Shown here piece after piece: positions 1 to 10,891 of a DNA stretch of 64,000 nt. The DNA is from an uncultured Acidobacteriota bacterium (GTDB lineage: Bacteria; Acidobacteriota; Terriglobia; Terriglobales; Acidobacteriaceae): positions 10,890 to 74,889 of the forward strand of contig CAVYUY010000008.1 of the NCBI GenBank assembly GCA_963771765.1, read 5' to 3'. The first letter of the stretch is position 1. Each line of letters starts with the position of its first letter. The position numbers and the translations under genes were made by a program. The notes under the pieces were generated by a model. That model had not been told where the DNA came from. It made no database searches and was given only the letters and a program-made list of their open reading frames with translations.

Positions 1-666
1 GGAGGATGTCCGCAGCTTCCAATGCGGTGTGCACCATCGCCGCGTAGGTAATGATGCTGAGGTCATTCCCTTCCCGCGCCACGCGCGCCTTCCCGATAGG
101 GACGACATAATCATCCGCGGGGACTTCCTCTTTAATCCGCCGGTAGAGATATTTGTGCTCGAAGAAGATGCACGGATTGTTGTCGCGGATAGCCGCTTTG
201 ATCAGGCCCTTCGCGTCATAGGGAGTCGCCGGGCAAATAACTTTCAGGCCGGGATTGTGGACAAACCACATCTCGGGATTCTGGGAGTGGAAGGGACCGC
301 CGTGGACGTATCCGCCGCTGGGGCCACGAAGAACGAGCGGCGCGGGAGCTCCCCAGAGATAGTGGGTCTTGGCGACCATGTTGCTGATCTGGTTGAAGGC
401 GCAGCCGATGAAATCCATGAACTGAAATTCCGCGACAGGGCGCATGCCTGTGAGCGACGCGCCGAAAGCCGCGCCGACGATGGCAGATTCGGCGATGGGC
501 GTGTCGATGACGCGCTCGGGACCGAAGCGGTCAATGAATCCGTCGGTGACTTTAAACGCGCCGCCGTAGATGCCGATGTCTTCGCCGAAACAAAAGACGG
601 TAGGGTCGCGATCCATTTCTTCCCAGATTCCCTGGCGGATGGCTTCGAGATAGGTGAGTTGAGCAT
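1..666 (-). CDS. 2-oxoacid (pyruvate/acetoin/branched-chain type) dehydrogenase E1 component, beta subunit; the 3' end runs off the window and there is a 1-nt lesion right after the ATG
   Basis: Absent from the ORF track because it has no stop inside the window. My minus-strand translation reads AQLTYLEAIRQGIWEEMDRDPTVFCFGEDIGIYGGAFKVTDGFIDRFGPERVIDTPIAESAIVGAAFGASLTGMRPVAEFQFMDF...NPCIFFEHKYLYR, a canonical E1-beta N-terminus. The ATG at 666-664 is one base out of frame (atgCTCAAC where atgGCTCAAC is expected). The next in-frame ATG is at 616. Confidence 0.85.
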
Positions 667-717
667 AGGGTCAGGTGTCAAAGTTTCAAGGTTTCAAATC
701 ATCACGGTTTTCTTATA

Positions 718-786
718 GCCGAAACACCAGGTCCCTCGACTTCCAGAACGATTCTTCGAATCGTTCTCTTCCGCTCGGGATGACAA
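718..786 (-). repeat. Family-A hairpin repeat (REP/MITE-like), inverted orientation
   Basis: gccgaaacaccaggtccctcgac - hairpin agaacgattc/ttcg/gaatcgttct - ccgctcgggatgaca. It has the same conserved ends as 828-896, 1203-1275, 3334-3394 and 35941-36003, while the stem differs in a compensatory way. Confidence 0.7.
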
Positions 787-827
787 CGCGCTCAGGATCC
801 TGAACTCTTAAACAGAGAAACAGAAAT

Positions 828-896
828 GTCATCCCGAGCGAGGATGATCGTTCACGCTAGTGAACGAGCACCGCAGTCGAGGGACCTTGTGTTTGG
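828..896 (+). repeat. Family-A hairpin repeat, forward orientation
   Basis: gtcatcccgagcg - hairpin cgttcac/gcta/gtgaacg - gcagtcgagggaccttgtgtttgg. It lies head-to-head with 718-786 across 41 bp and supplies the last ~13 codons and the stop of the GIY-YIG ORF. Confidence 0.7.
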
Positions 897-1189
897 TACC
901 ACTCGGCCGCCAAATCCTTCCAACCGGAGTTGTTTCGTTCGATCAACCACATTTTCTTTTCGCGGCGCCAGCGCTTCAGTTGCTTCTCGCGGTCGATTGC
1001 GTTTCCTACGTCATCGAAACTTTCCCAGTACACCAGGCGCGTGCAATTGTAGTCGTCAGTGAAGCCATCCCGAATGTGGTTCTTGTGCTGCCAGACTCGC
1101 TTGCGAAGATTGCTCGTCATGCCAATGTAAAGGGCGCGTCTCGTGGCACTTTGCATCATATACACGTAGTAGATGTACTCGTCGCGCAT
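857..1189 (-). CDS. Small GIY-YIG (URI-domain) nuclease family protein
   Basis: Track ORF 857..1291. The conserved part starts at MRDEYIYYVYMMQ (ATG at 1189). Motifs seen: IYYVY, RALYIGMTSNL, RVWQH, and E..K.W.R.KK, the usual GIY-YIG layout. The 34 upstream codons of the track ORF are encoded by repeat 1203-1275. Confidence 0.8.
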   Translation of the reverse strand: MRDEYIYYVYMMQSATRRALYIGMTSNLRKRVWQHKNHIRDGFTDDYNCTRLVYWESFDDVGNAIDREKQLKRWRREKKMWLIERNNSGWKDLAAEWYQTQGPSTAVLVH

Positions 1190-1202
1190 TTGCCGGCTCC
1201 CT

Positions 1203-1275
1203 GCCGAAACACAAGGTCCCTCGACTGCGCAAAACGATTCGCTTCGCTCATCGTTTTGCTTCGCTCGGGATGACA
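1203..1275 (-). repeat. Family-A hairpin repeat, inverted orientation
   Basis: gccgaaacacaaggtccctcgactgcg - hairpin caaaacgat/.../atcgttttg - cttcgctcgggatgaca. With 828-896 it forms tail-to-tail inverted repeats around the GIY-YIG gene. Confidence 0.7.
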
Positions 1276-1350
1276 ATGTCAGGAGAAGCATTTCATAACA
1301 TTTGTGCTACGTGTCTGTGACAAGTGACCATGCAATCGCGTGCTGCTCCG

Positions 1351-2740
1351 TCACTTCAAGTGCACCGCGGCTTCGGTTGCTTTGTAGCCGCTGGTTCCCT
1401 TCTTTACTTTTGGCATGCCGTATTTCGGTTTGATCGCATGGCAACCATCTTCGCAGAAGACTCCGCCTTCGGCTGATTCCGGTGTTGGCATCGGAGAATT
1501 CACGGCGATTTCACGTTCGGCTTCGATTACTTCTTCTACTTCTTTGATCAGCGCTTCGTTTTCTTTTGGCGTCAGCCACTTCTTGTCTTTCACTAAATAA
1601 TTTTCAAAGCGGGCGATCGGATCGCGCTTTTTCCAGAAATCGAACATGGACTTTGGCACATACGCTGCGGCGTCGTGGATCGCGTGGCCCTTCATGCGCA
1701 TCATTTTGGCTTCGATGAGCGTCGGGCCTTCGCCGCGACGAGCGCGTTCAACGGCTTCGTGAGCGGCGTCGTAAACCTGGCAGGCGTCGGTCCCATCGAC
1801 AATCACGCCCGGGATACCGTATCCGATGGCGCGTTCGGCGAGATCTTTGCATCGATATTGCATTTCTGAAGGCGTGGAGTAGGCCCAGAGATTACTCTCG
1901 ACGAAAAGAACGAGGCCAAGATTTTGAACGGCTGCGAAGTTGATTCCTTCGTACGTCACGCCAGTGGACTGGCCGCCATCCCCGATGTAGGTCATGACGG
2001 CAACGTTTCGTCCTTGCAGACGCGCTCCGAGAGCCACGCCTGCAAGAACTGGAATCAGGTCGCCCAGCATGGAGATGGGCGAAACCATGTTGCGTTTTTC
2101 GATATCGCCGAAGTGCGAAGTGCCGTCGCGTCCCTTGGTGGGCGAGTCCGCTTTGGCCATGTACTGCATCATGGTGTCGGAGGCGCCGAAGCCGCGAACG
2201 AGGAGCGATCCCTGATTACGGATCATGGGCGCGAACCAATCGTCTTTGTCGAGCGCATATGCCGAGGCGCAGGAACAGGCCTCCTGGCCCGAGGCCGAAG
2301 TAAACTCCGCCCACGACTTTACCCTGCTTGTAGAGATTCTCGAGGGCGACTTCCATTTTGCGATTGAGCAGCATGAAGCGGTAAATGTCGATCGCTTGCT
2401 GCTTCGTCAGATATTTGGAGTCGCGAATTCGGGGTACGGGCGCGTCGAGATCTCCTTCGACCTCGTACCGAACATGCTCGGTGCCGTCTTTATCTTTTTC
2501 GATGGACTGATGTACGGTGAAGTCGGGATGCTCGAGCCGATAATCAGGGATGGAATAAGTGCGGATGTTCCGGTCGGAGAGGCTTGCCGAGCTGGGCTCA
2601 ACGGAACGGCCGAGAGCGGCCGTTCCCACACGGGCATTTACCGAACGGGCAGTTCCAGCGTGGGCCTTACGGGCTCGTGATCCGTTGTGCGGACGGTTGC
2701 CGTTTGAATTTGCTTTCGACTTGGACTTTTTGTTTGCCAT
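1351..2740 (-). CDS. 2-oxoacid dehydrogenase E1 component, alpha subunit (TPP-dependent); one frameshift as assembled
   Basis: Track ORFs 2216..2740 (...LYKQGKVVGGVYFGLG) and 1351..2226 (MIRNQGSLLVRG...TYIGDGG...). They join as GLGQEACSCASAYALDKDDWFAPMIRNQG if one C is removed from ggccc at ~2287-2290. Confidence 0.85.
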
Positions 2741-2976
2741 GTAAGACCGACGCGAAGCGCAACCATTGATGGTATCGCGAGAGTGGGGGGAAGGGCTAGC
2801 GCGGACGCGCGGTCCTGGGCCGCCAGAAGGCGGAAGTCAGTATGGAGGGAAAAACGTGGCCGCACGGATTTCATGGCGACGCTTACGCGCACGGCACGGT
2901 TTTTTCGAGACCCGGTCCAGGAGGGAAGAACTCGAAAATCGGCGAGTAACGCCGGATCTCAAGTCAAAAATTTGCG

Positions 2977-3884
2977 CTAGACGTTCGCGGTGTCGTCCTT
3001 GCCGTGCATGCGAAGAAATTCGGTGGGAGTCTTCAGGGGGACGCCGACGGTGCGTCCCAGAAGCGCGTCGAGGGTCTCGACCCAGAGAATCTGGCTTTCG
3101 AATACCACGCCGAAGTTGCGGGAGATCGATTCCGCGACCGCATTCAGGTCGAGTTCACGGCCAAGTTCTTTTTGCATGGAAGTCACCGGCTTTGAAGTTA
3201 TCCCGCAAGGAACAATCAAATTGAAATAGCTCAGGTCGGTGTTCACGTTGAGGGCGAAGCCGTGCGACGTGACGAAGCGGGAGATGTGGACGCCGATGGC
3301 GGCGAGTTTGGCTTCGGCTCGAACTCAGTCAAGCTTCGCTCGACTGCAGAGAACGAGCCGGGGGCGGACCGTTCTCTTCACGCTCGGGATGGCGAGTATA
3401 CTTGCTCGACAGAGTTTCTGGGTCGGTCCAGACGCCGGTGAGCCCGGGGACGCGCTTGGTTGGGATCGCGAAATCGGCGCAGGTTCGAATCAGGACTTCT
3501 TCCAGGCGACGGACGAATTCGATTACGCCTAAGGTCTTGCCGCAAGGCAGACGGGCATCCCTGCACTCGCGACGAATCCACGCAGATCGAAAATCGGGTA
3601 GCCGACGATCTGGCCTGGTCCATGGAAGGTAACGTCTCCGCCGCGATCGCATTCGAACAACGTCAACTCCTCGCTCCGCCAGAAACTCGGTCGAGGCAAT
3701 GACATTTGCAGCTTTCGCGTTGCGGCCGAGCGTGATGACCGGATCGTGCTCCAAGCAGGAGAAGGACGTCGCCGATCTTTTCTTCTTTCCGCAGGGCGAC
3801 GAGTCGCTCCTGCAGACGAAGACCGGTGGCGTAGTCGACTGTTCCGAGTTGGACGAGGGAGATCAAATCTCTTCGCACGCACAT
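2977..3884 (-). pseudogene. lipB: Octanoyltransferase LipB, disrupted by at least 4 frame switches, an inserted hairpin repeat and stop codons
   Basis: Pieces in three frames: [28 protein letters not shown] (3663..3884), [49 protein letters not shown], then [37 protein letters not shown] (2977..3246). Two TGAs occur in tgactga at 3325-3331. Confidence 0.8.
3334..3394 (-). repeat. Family-A hairpin repeat inserted inside the lipB coding region
   Basis: On the lipB sense strand: catcccgagcgtga - hairpin agagaacg/gtccgcccccggct/cgttctct - gcagtcgagcgaagc. It sits between the conserved GVW and KLAAIGVH blocks, which are normally only a few residues apart. Confidence 0.6.
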
Positions 3885-3993
3885 CGGATAACACCTAAGT
3901 CATTTCACCACCGAGAGCACGGTGGACACAGAGAGCAACATCCTTGCGCACTTATTGCATTTCTCCGTAACTCCGTGCCATCCTGTCGGTGAC

Positions 3994-5424
3994 TTACGCG
4001 TTGATCGCCATCCCGTAGACGCTATTCGACGCATCGAGCATGGCTTCGGCCAGTGTTGGATGCGCGTGGATCGTCCACATCAGGTCTTCGACCGTCGCTT
4101 CGAGTTCCATCGCCGCGACGGCTTCGGCGATCAACTCTGTCGCTTGCGGGCCGATGATGTGCACGCCCAGAATCTCGCCGTAGTCGGCGTCGGACACGAT
4201 CTTGATGAAGCCTTCGTGCTGGCCGACGATCGAGGCGCGCGAGTTGGCGGTGAACGGAAACTTGCCGACCTTCACGTTGTATCCGGCTTCGCGAGCCTTC
4301 GTTTCGGTCAATCCCACGCTGCCGATTTCCGGATGACAGTAGGTCGCGCCCGGAATGTGCTCAGGATTGATCGGCTTGCCCGGCTTGCCGGCAATTTTCG
4401 CGACGGCGACGAGCGCTTCCATGGCTCCGACATGCGCGAGCTGCGGAGTTCCCAGAACGATGTCTCCGATGGCGTAGACGCCAGGTTCGGCGGTCTGCAT
4501 CCACGAGTCGGTCTTGATGAATTCGCGGTCGGGCTTGATTTTGGTCCGTTCGAGACCGATGTTTTGCGTGCGGGGCTTACGGCCCACCGCGATCAGTATC
4601 TTTTCGGCGTCAATCTTCTGTTGTTTGCCGTCCACACTGATCGTAACGGCGACGCCCGTTTTCGTTTTTTCGACTTTGTCGACTTTTGCGCCCGTATGGA
4701 AATTGATGCCGCGCTTGCGGTAAACCCGCGCAAGTTCCTTCGATACTTCTTCGTCTTCCACCGGCACCAGCCGCGGAAGCATTTCTACGATAGTGACTTC
4801 GCAATCGAACGAACGGTAGATCGAAGCGAACTCCACCCCGACAGCTCCGGCGCCAACGATCACCAGCGATTTCGGCATCTCTTTCAGACTGAGAATTTCG
4901 ATGTTGGTCAGCACACGGTCATTCACCTCAAGCCCGGGCAGCATGCGAGCTTCAGAGCCGGTCGAAAGAATCACGTTCTTCGCTTTGAGATGAGTTGTCT
5001 TGTTGTCATTTGTAACTTCGACCGTGTGAATGCCGTTTTGCGCGGGTCCGGTGAGCTTGCCGTAGCCTTTGACGGTCTCGACCTTATTCTTCTTCATCAG
5101 GAATTCGAGGCCTTTGGCGTGTTTGGCAACGATCTTTCCCTTTCGATCCTGAATCGCCGCCCAGTTGAGTTTGCGCGAATCCACGCCTTCGATGCCGAAT
5201 TCTTTGGCCTCTTTCAGGTGATCCCAAAGTTCGGCGTTGAACAACAAGGCTTTGGTCGGGATGCAGCCGACGTGCAGGCAAGTGCCGCCAAGGTATCCAT
5301 CTTTTTCAATGAGAGCGGTTTTCAGACCGTATTGGCCTGCGCGAATGGCGGCTGTGTATCCGGCAGGACCGCTGCCGATGATGGCGATATCGTATGTAGT
5401 TTCGGGCAAAGGAATCGACCTCAA
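3994..5424 (-). CDS. lpdA: Dihydrolipoyl dehydrogenase (E3)
   Basis: Intact 476-aa ORF. It has the FAD motif IIGSGPAGY, the redox-active GGTCLHVGCIPTK, and the C-terminal HAHPTLAE dimerisation/His-Glu motif. Confidence 0.95.
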   Translation of the reverse strand: MRSIPLPETTYDIAIIGSGPAGYTAAIRAGQYGLKTALIEKDGYLGGTCLHVGCIPTKALLFNAELWDHLKEAKEFGIEGVDSRKLNWAAIQDRKGKIVAKHAKGLEFLMKKNKVETVKGYGKLTGPAQNGIHTVEVTNDNKTTHLKAKNVILSTGSEARMLPGLEVNDRVLTNIEILSLKEMPKSLVIVGAGAVGVEFASIYRSFDCEVTIVEMLPRLVPVEDEEVSKELARVYRKRGINFHTGAKVDKVEKTKTGVAVTISVDGKQQKIDAEKILIAVGRKPRTQNIGLERTKIKPDREFIKTDSWMQTAEPGVYAIGDIVLGTPQLAHVGAMEALVAVAKIAGKPGKPINPEHIPGATYCHPEIGSVGLTETKAREAGYNVKVGKFPFTANSRASIVGQHEGFIKIVSDADYGEILGVHIIGPQATELIAEAVAAMELEATVEDLMWTIHAHPTLAEAMLDASNSVYGMAINA

Positions 5425-5570
5425 TAAGAAGAGATGACTTCAGGCAAACTAACGATTCTAGACCAGGGCGAAGGCGGGGGCCAAACAGCGTCGAGTGGTC
5501 CGCGCGAGATCCTTCCCTTCGCCTGAAAGGCGGCTCCGCTCAGGATGACACCTTGCTTGAGTTCAGGCGC

Positions 5571-5603
5571 AAGAAACGAGAGCCGCCTCGCGAGGCGGCT
5601 CTC
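5571..5603 (-). terminator. Intrinsic terminator downstream of rpsA
   Basis: Perfect hairpin gagagccgcc/tcgc/gaggcggctctc (5578-5603), followed on the minus strand by gtttctt. It lies 20 nt after the rpsA stop. Confidence 0.6.
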
Positions 5604-5622
5604 AAACAGACATGGATATCGC

Positions 5623-7641
5623 TTAGTTATTCTCGTTGCTGGCGCGCTTCCAGGAGATCAGTTCGCCGATGGTCGAACTGGTGCTCGAGACCGGCTGCTT
5701 GTAGGCTTCAACTTCCGAGCGCGAGGCTTCTTCGCCCACGGCGCGAATGCTGAGGCCGACCTTTTTCTCTTCCGGATTCATCTTGATGATCTTGAAGTCG
5801 TGCTCCAAGCCCGGCTCAAGATGCAGCGGCTGTCCATTTTCATCAGTGCCGATGGTCGAACTGGTGCTCGACACCGGCTGCTTGTAGGCTTCGACCTCGG
5901 AGCGTGAGGCTTCTTCGCCCACGGCGCGGATGCTGAGGCCGACTTTCTTCTCTTCCGGATTCATCTTGATGATCTTGAAGTCGTGCTCCAAGCCTGGTTC
6001 AAGATGGAGCGGCTGGCCGTTTTCGTCGGTCGCTTCGGACTTGTGGCACAAGCCCTCGACGCCCTCGGCGATTTCGACAAACGCTCCAAACGCTGCCACA
6101 CGCAGAACCTTGCCGTGAACCACGTCGCCAATGTGATGCGAGGCGAAGAACGACTCCCATACGTCGGGCTGAAGCTGCTTCACGCCGAGCGAAAGACGGC
6201 GCTTGTCGGGCTCGATGGCCAGAACAACCGCCTTCACGCGATCGCCCTTTTTCAGCACCTCCGACGGATGCTTCACGCGCTTGGTCCAGCTCAAATTGCT
6301 GACGTGGACCAGGCCGTCGATACCGTCTTCGATTTCGATGAAGGCGCCGAAGTCGGTCAGATTGCGCACGCGTCCTTCTACCGTCATGCCGACGGGGAAT
6401 TTCTCATGCAGAGAGTCCCAAGGATTCGAGGCAAGCTGCCGCATGCCGAGCGAAATGCGGCGCTCGGTCGGATTCACGTTGAGAACCACGCACTCAACTT
6501 GATCGCCGACGTTCACCAGCTTCGACGGATGTTTCATGCGCTTCGACCAAGTCATTTCGCTGACGTGAACAAGGCCTTCAATTCCCTGCTCCAGTTCTAC
6601 GAACGCTCCGTAGTCGGTCACGCTGATCACGCGTCCGCCAACGTGCGCGCCCTCGGGATAGCGGTGCTCCGCATCGAGCCACGGATCGGGCGTCAACTGC
6701 TTGAATCCCAGGGAAACGCGCTGCTTGTCTTTGTCGTACTTCAGGACTTTGACCTGAATCTGGTCGCCGACATTCACGAGATCTTTGGGGTGAGTGAGGC
6801 GGCCCCAGGACATGTCGGTAATGTGCAGCAGGCCATCTAGGCCGCCGAGATCGACGAACGCGCCGTACTCGGTGAGATTCTTCACCACGCCGGTGAGGAC
6901 GGACCCTTCTTCGAGGTGCTCCAGAGTCTTCGAGCGCTTCTCGTTCTGCTCGCCTTCGAGCAATTCCTTGCGCGAAACCACGATGTTGCCGCGCTTCTTG
7001 TTCAGCTTGATGACGGCGACTTCGATCGTCTGCCCCTTCATGCCGTCCAGATTGCGGATTGGACGAAGGTCGACTTGCGACCCGGGCAGGAAGGCGTGAG
7101 CGCCGTGAATGTCGACCGTGAGACCGCCCTTGATGCGGTCGATCACGATCGCATTGATCGGCTTCTTCTCGTTGTACGCTTTCTCGATTTCTTCCCACGC
7201 GTGGATGCGCTGCGCCTTCTGGTGCGAGAGCCGGACATATCCTTCCTCGGCTTCGCCCTTGTCGCGCATGACGTCGATCTCATCGCCGGGCTTGAACTTG
7301 GGCTTGCCCTCGTGGTCGAGCACTTCCGACAGCGCGAGCATGCCTTCCGACTTCGCGCCGATATCGACGACCACGTGCGTGGCGGTGAGCTTGAGCACCG
7401 TGCCCTTGATGACGCGGTCTTCGCTGACCGCCTCTTCGGCTTCGGTGGTGAACGTCTCAAGCGCGGAGGCGAAATCTTCGCCAGCGGCGTTTTTGTCGTC
7501 CGCGGCGGAGCCGGCCTCTTCGGAGGACGCGTGCATGGTGTCGGTTGAAGTGGGTTCGAGTTGTTCAGTCGCCGTCGGTTCGGCTTCTGTCGCAACGGAG
7601 GAGTTAGAGTCGGAATGGGGGACGGTGGTTTCGTCGAACAA
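5623..7641 (-). CDS. rpsA: 30S ribosomal protein S1, six S1 domains plus a duplicated C-terminal segment
   Basis: Track ORF 5623..7830. It contains repeated S1/OB motifs (G.V..I...GAFV.L..G.EGL.H.SE). The likely start is TTG at 7641, preceded by gagagg 7 nt upstream. The upstream 63 codons look non-coding, so the start is uncertain. Confidence 0.93.
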   Translation of the reverse strand: MFDETTVPHSDSNSSVATEAEPTATEQLEPTSTDTMHASSEEAGSAADDKNAAGEDFASALETFTTEAEEAVSEDRVIKGTVLKLTATHVVVDIGAKSEGMLALSEVLDHEGKPKFKPGDEIDVMRDKGEAEEGYVRLSHQKAQRIHAWEEIEKAYNEKKPINAIVIDRIKGGLTVDIHGAHAFLPGSQVDLRPIRNLDGMKGQTIEVAVIKLNKKRGNIVVSRKELLEGEQNEKRSKTLEHLEEGSVLTGVVKNLTEYGAFVDLGGLDGLLHITDMSWGRLTHPKDLVNVGDQIQVKVLKYDKDKQRVSLGFKQLTPDPWLDAEHRYPEGAHVGGRVISVTDYGAFVELEQGIEGLVHVSEMTWSKRMKHPSKLVNVGDQVECVVLNVNPTERRISLGMRQLASNPWDSLHEKFPVGMTVEGRVRNLTDFGAFIEIEDGIDGLVHVSNLSWTKRVKHPSEVLKKGDRVKAVVLAIEPDKRRLSLGVKQLQPDVWESFFASHHIGDVVHGKVLRVAAFGAFVEIAEGVEGLCHKSEATDENGQPLHLEPGLEHDFKIIKMNPEEKKVGLSIRAVGEEASRSEVEAYKQPVSSTSSTIGTDENGQPLHLEPGLEHDFKIIKMNPEEKKVGLSIRAVGEEASRSEVEAYKQPVSSTSSTIGELISWKRASNENN
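5665..6030. repeat. In-frame tandem duplication, 2 x 183 bp (5665-5847 and 5848-6030), inside rpsA
   Basis: Gap-free alignment with 15 mismatches. Both units translate to the identical 61-aa string TDENGQPLHLEPGLEHDFKIIKMNPEEKKVGLSIRAVGEEASRSEVEAYKQPVSSTSSTIG. Confidence 0.95.
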
Positions 7642-7981
7642 GGTTATGCCTCTCTGATGATCGGATGCGGGAACTGCGCTGCGGACTGCTGGATGAGTCG
7701 TTTGGTTGTAGTGGGCCCACCCTGGCGAGTGAGCTTGGACAATCCCAGCTGTCGGACGTATTACAGAGAACCCGCGTCCAATGGGAACTCTTCGACTATA
7801 GCAATCGTGCGCGAAGAGTGTCAAACGCAAATCCCGCGCATGTTACAGGAGTGTTTCAATCGGACGAGAGATTGCGGAAGTGGCGCTTTCGAGGAGACGG
7901 AATTTCGGAAGATTTCCGGTCAAAATACACGCGGCGAAGAGTTGTGCTTCTTCGTTTGATACGAAATTCGATACGAAAAAA

Positions 7982-8018
7982 GTTGTCATTCCGACTGCCA
8001 CGGTCCGAAGAATTTGAC
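7982..8018 (+). repeat. Family-B short hairpin repeat
   Basis: gttgtcattccgactgccacggtccgaagaatttgac, preceded by an A-run. Related copies lie at 8040-8070 and 28023-28053. Confidence 0.5.
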
Positions 8019-8039
8019 TGCGTGTGATACCAAAAAAAC

Positions 8040-8070
8040 GTTGTCATTCCGACCGCAGGGAGGAATTTGC
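8040..8070 (+). repeat. Family-B short hairpin repeat
   Basis: gttgtcattccgaccgcagggaggaatttgc (stem attcc/ggaat). It is nearly identical to 28023-28053. Confidence 0.55.
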
Positions 8071-8170
8071 TAGTATCCGGGCATCTCTGTAGCTCAGGGC
8101 GACAGGCATTTTGGGCGAATCCCGGTGTCCGAGTTTCCCCGATCTGCGGCTTCTGCTAACCTGCCGTGCT

Positions 8171-10711
<2,541 letters not shown>

Positions 10712-10737
10712 CGAGGAAGATTATATTGCGGGCGAAA

Positions 10738-10815
10738 GGGTGCGCGAGGCGAGTGGAAAAACGCAACGGCGTTTCCAGCCGCAAAGGCAGTCTCCTCGCC
10801 CCGCTCGGAATGACA
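10738..10815 (-). repeat. Family-A-like hairpin repeat (diverged) just upstream of ligA
   Basis: Hairpin ggaaaaacgc/aacg/gcgtttcc followed by ccgctcggaatgaca, the same head motif as family A. Confidence 0.4.
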
Positions 10816-10891
10816 AGTCAGACCAGAAAGCCGTGTACGCCCGAGATGAACCGGCCGCTCGGCTCCGCAGGCAGCTTAGCCTTACACCAGA

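Noticed and set aside
3922-5427. 501-aa plus-strand ORF
   Set aside because: It is exactly antisense to the well-conserved lpdA gene. The text is Arg/Asp/His/Phe-rich low-complexity with no motifs. This is a typical shadow ORF in high-GC DNA.
7652-7700. Hammerhead-like ctgatga core near the rpsA 5' region
   Set aside because: There is no matching GAAA core or three-stem junction downstream. This is a chance heptamer.
7642-7830. N-terminal 63-codon extension of the rpsA track ORF
   Set aside because: It has no S1-like text. A TTG with a good SD at 7641 fits the conserved start, so the extension is probably the 5' UTR.
8086-8140. tRNA-like string ctgtagctcagggcgacagg
   Set aside because: It resembles a D-arm, but no complementary D-stem, anticodon arm, T-arm or acceptor stem can be drawn.
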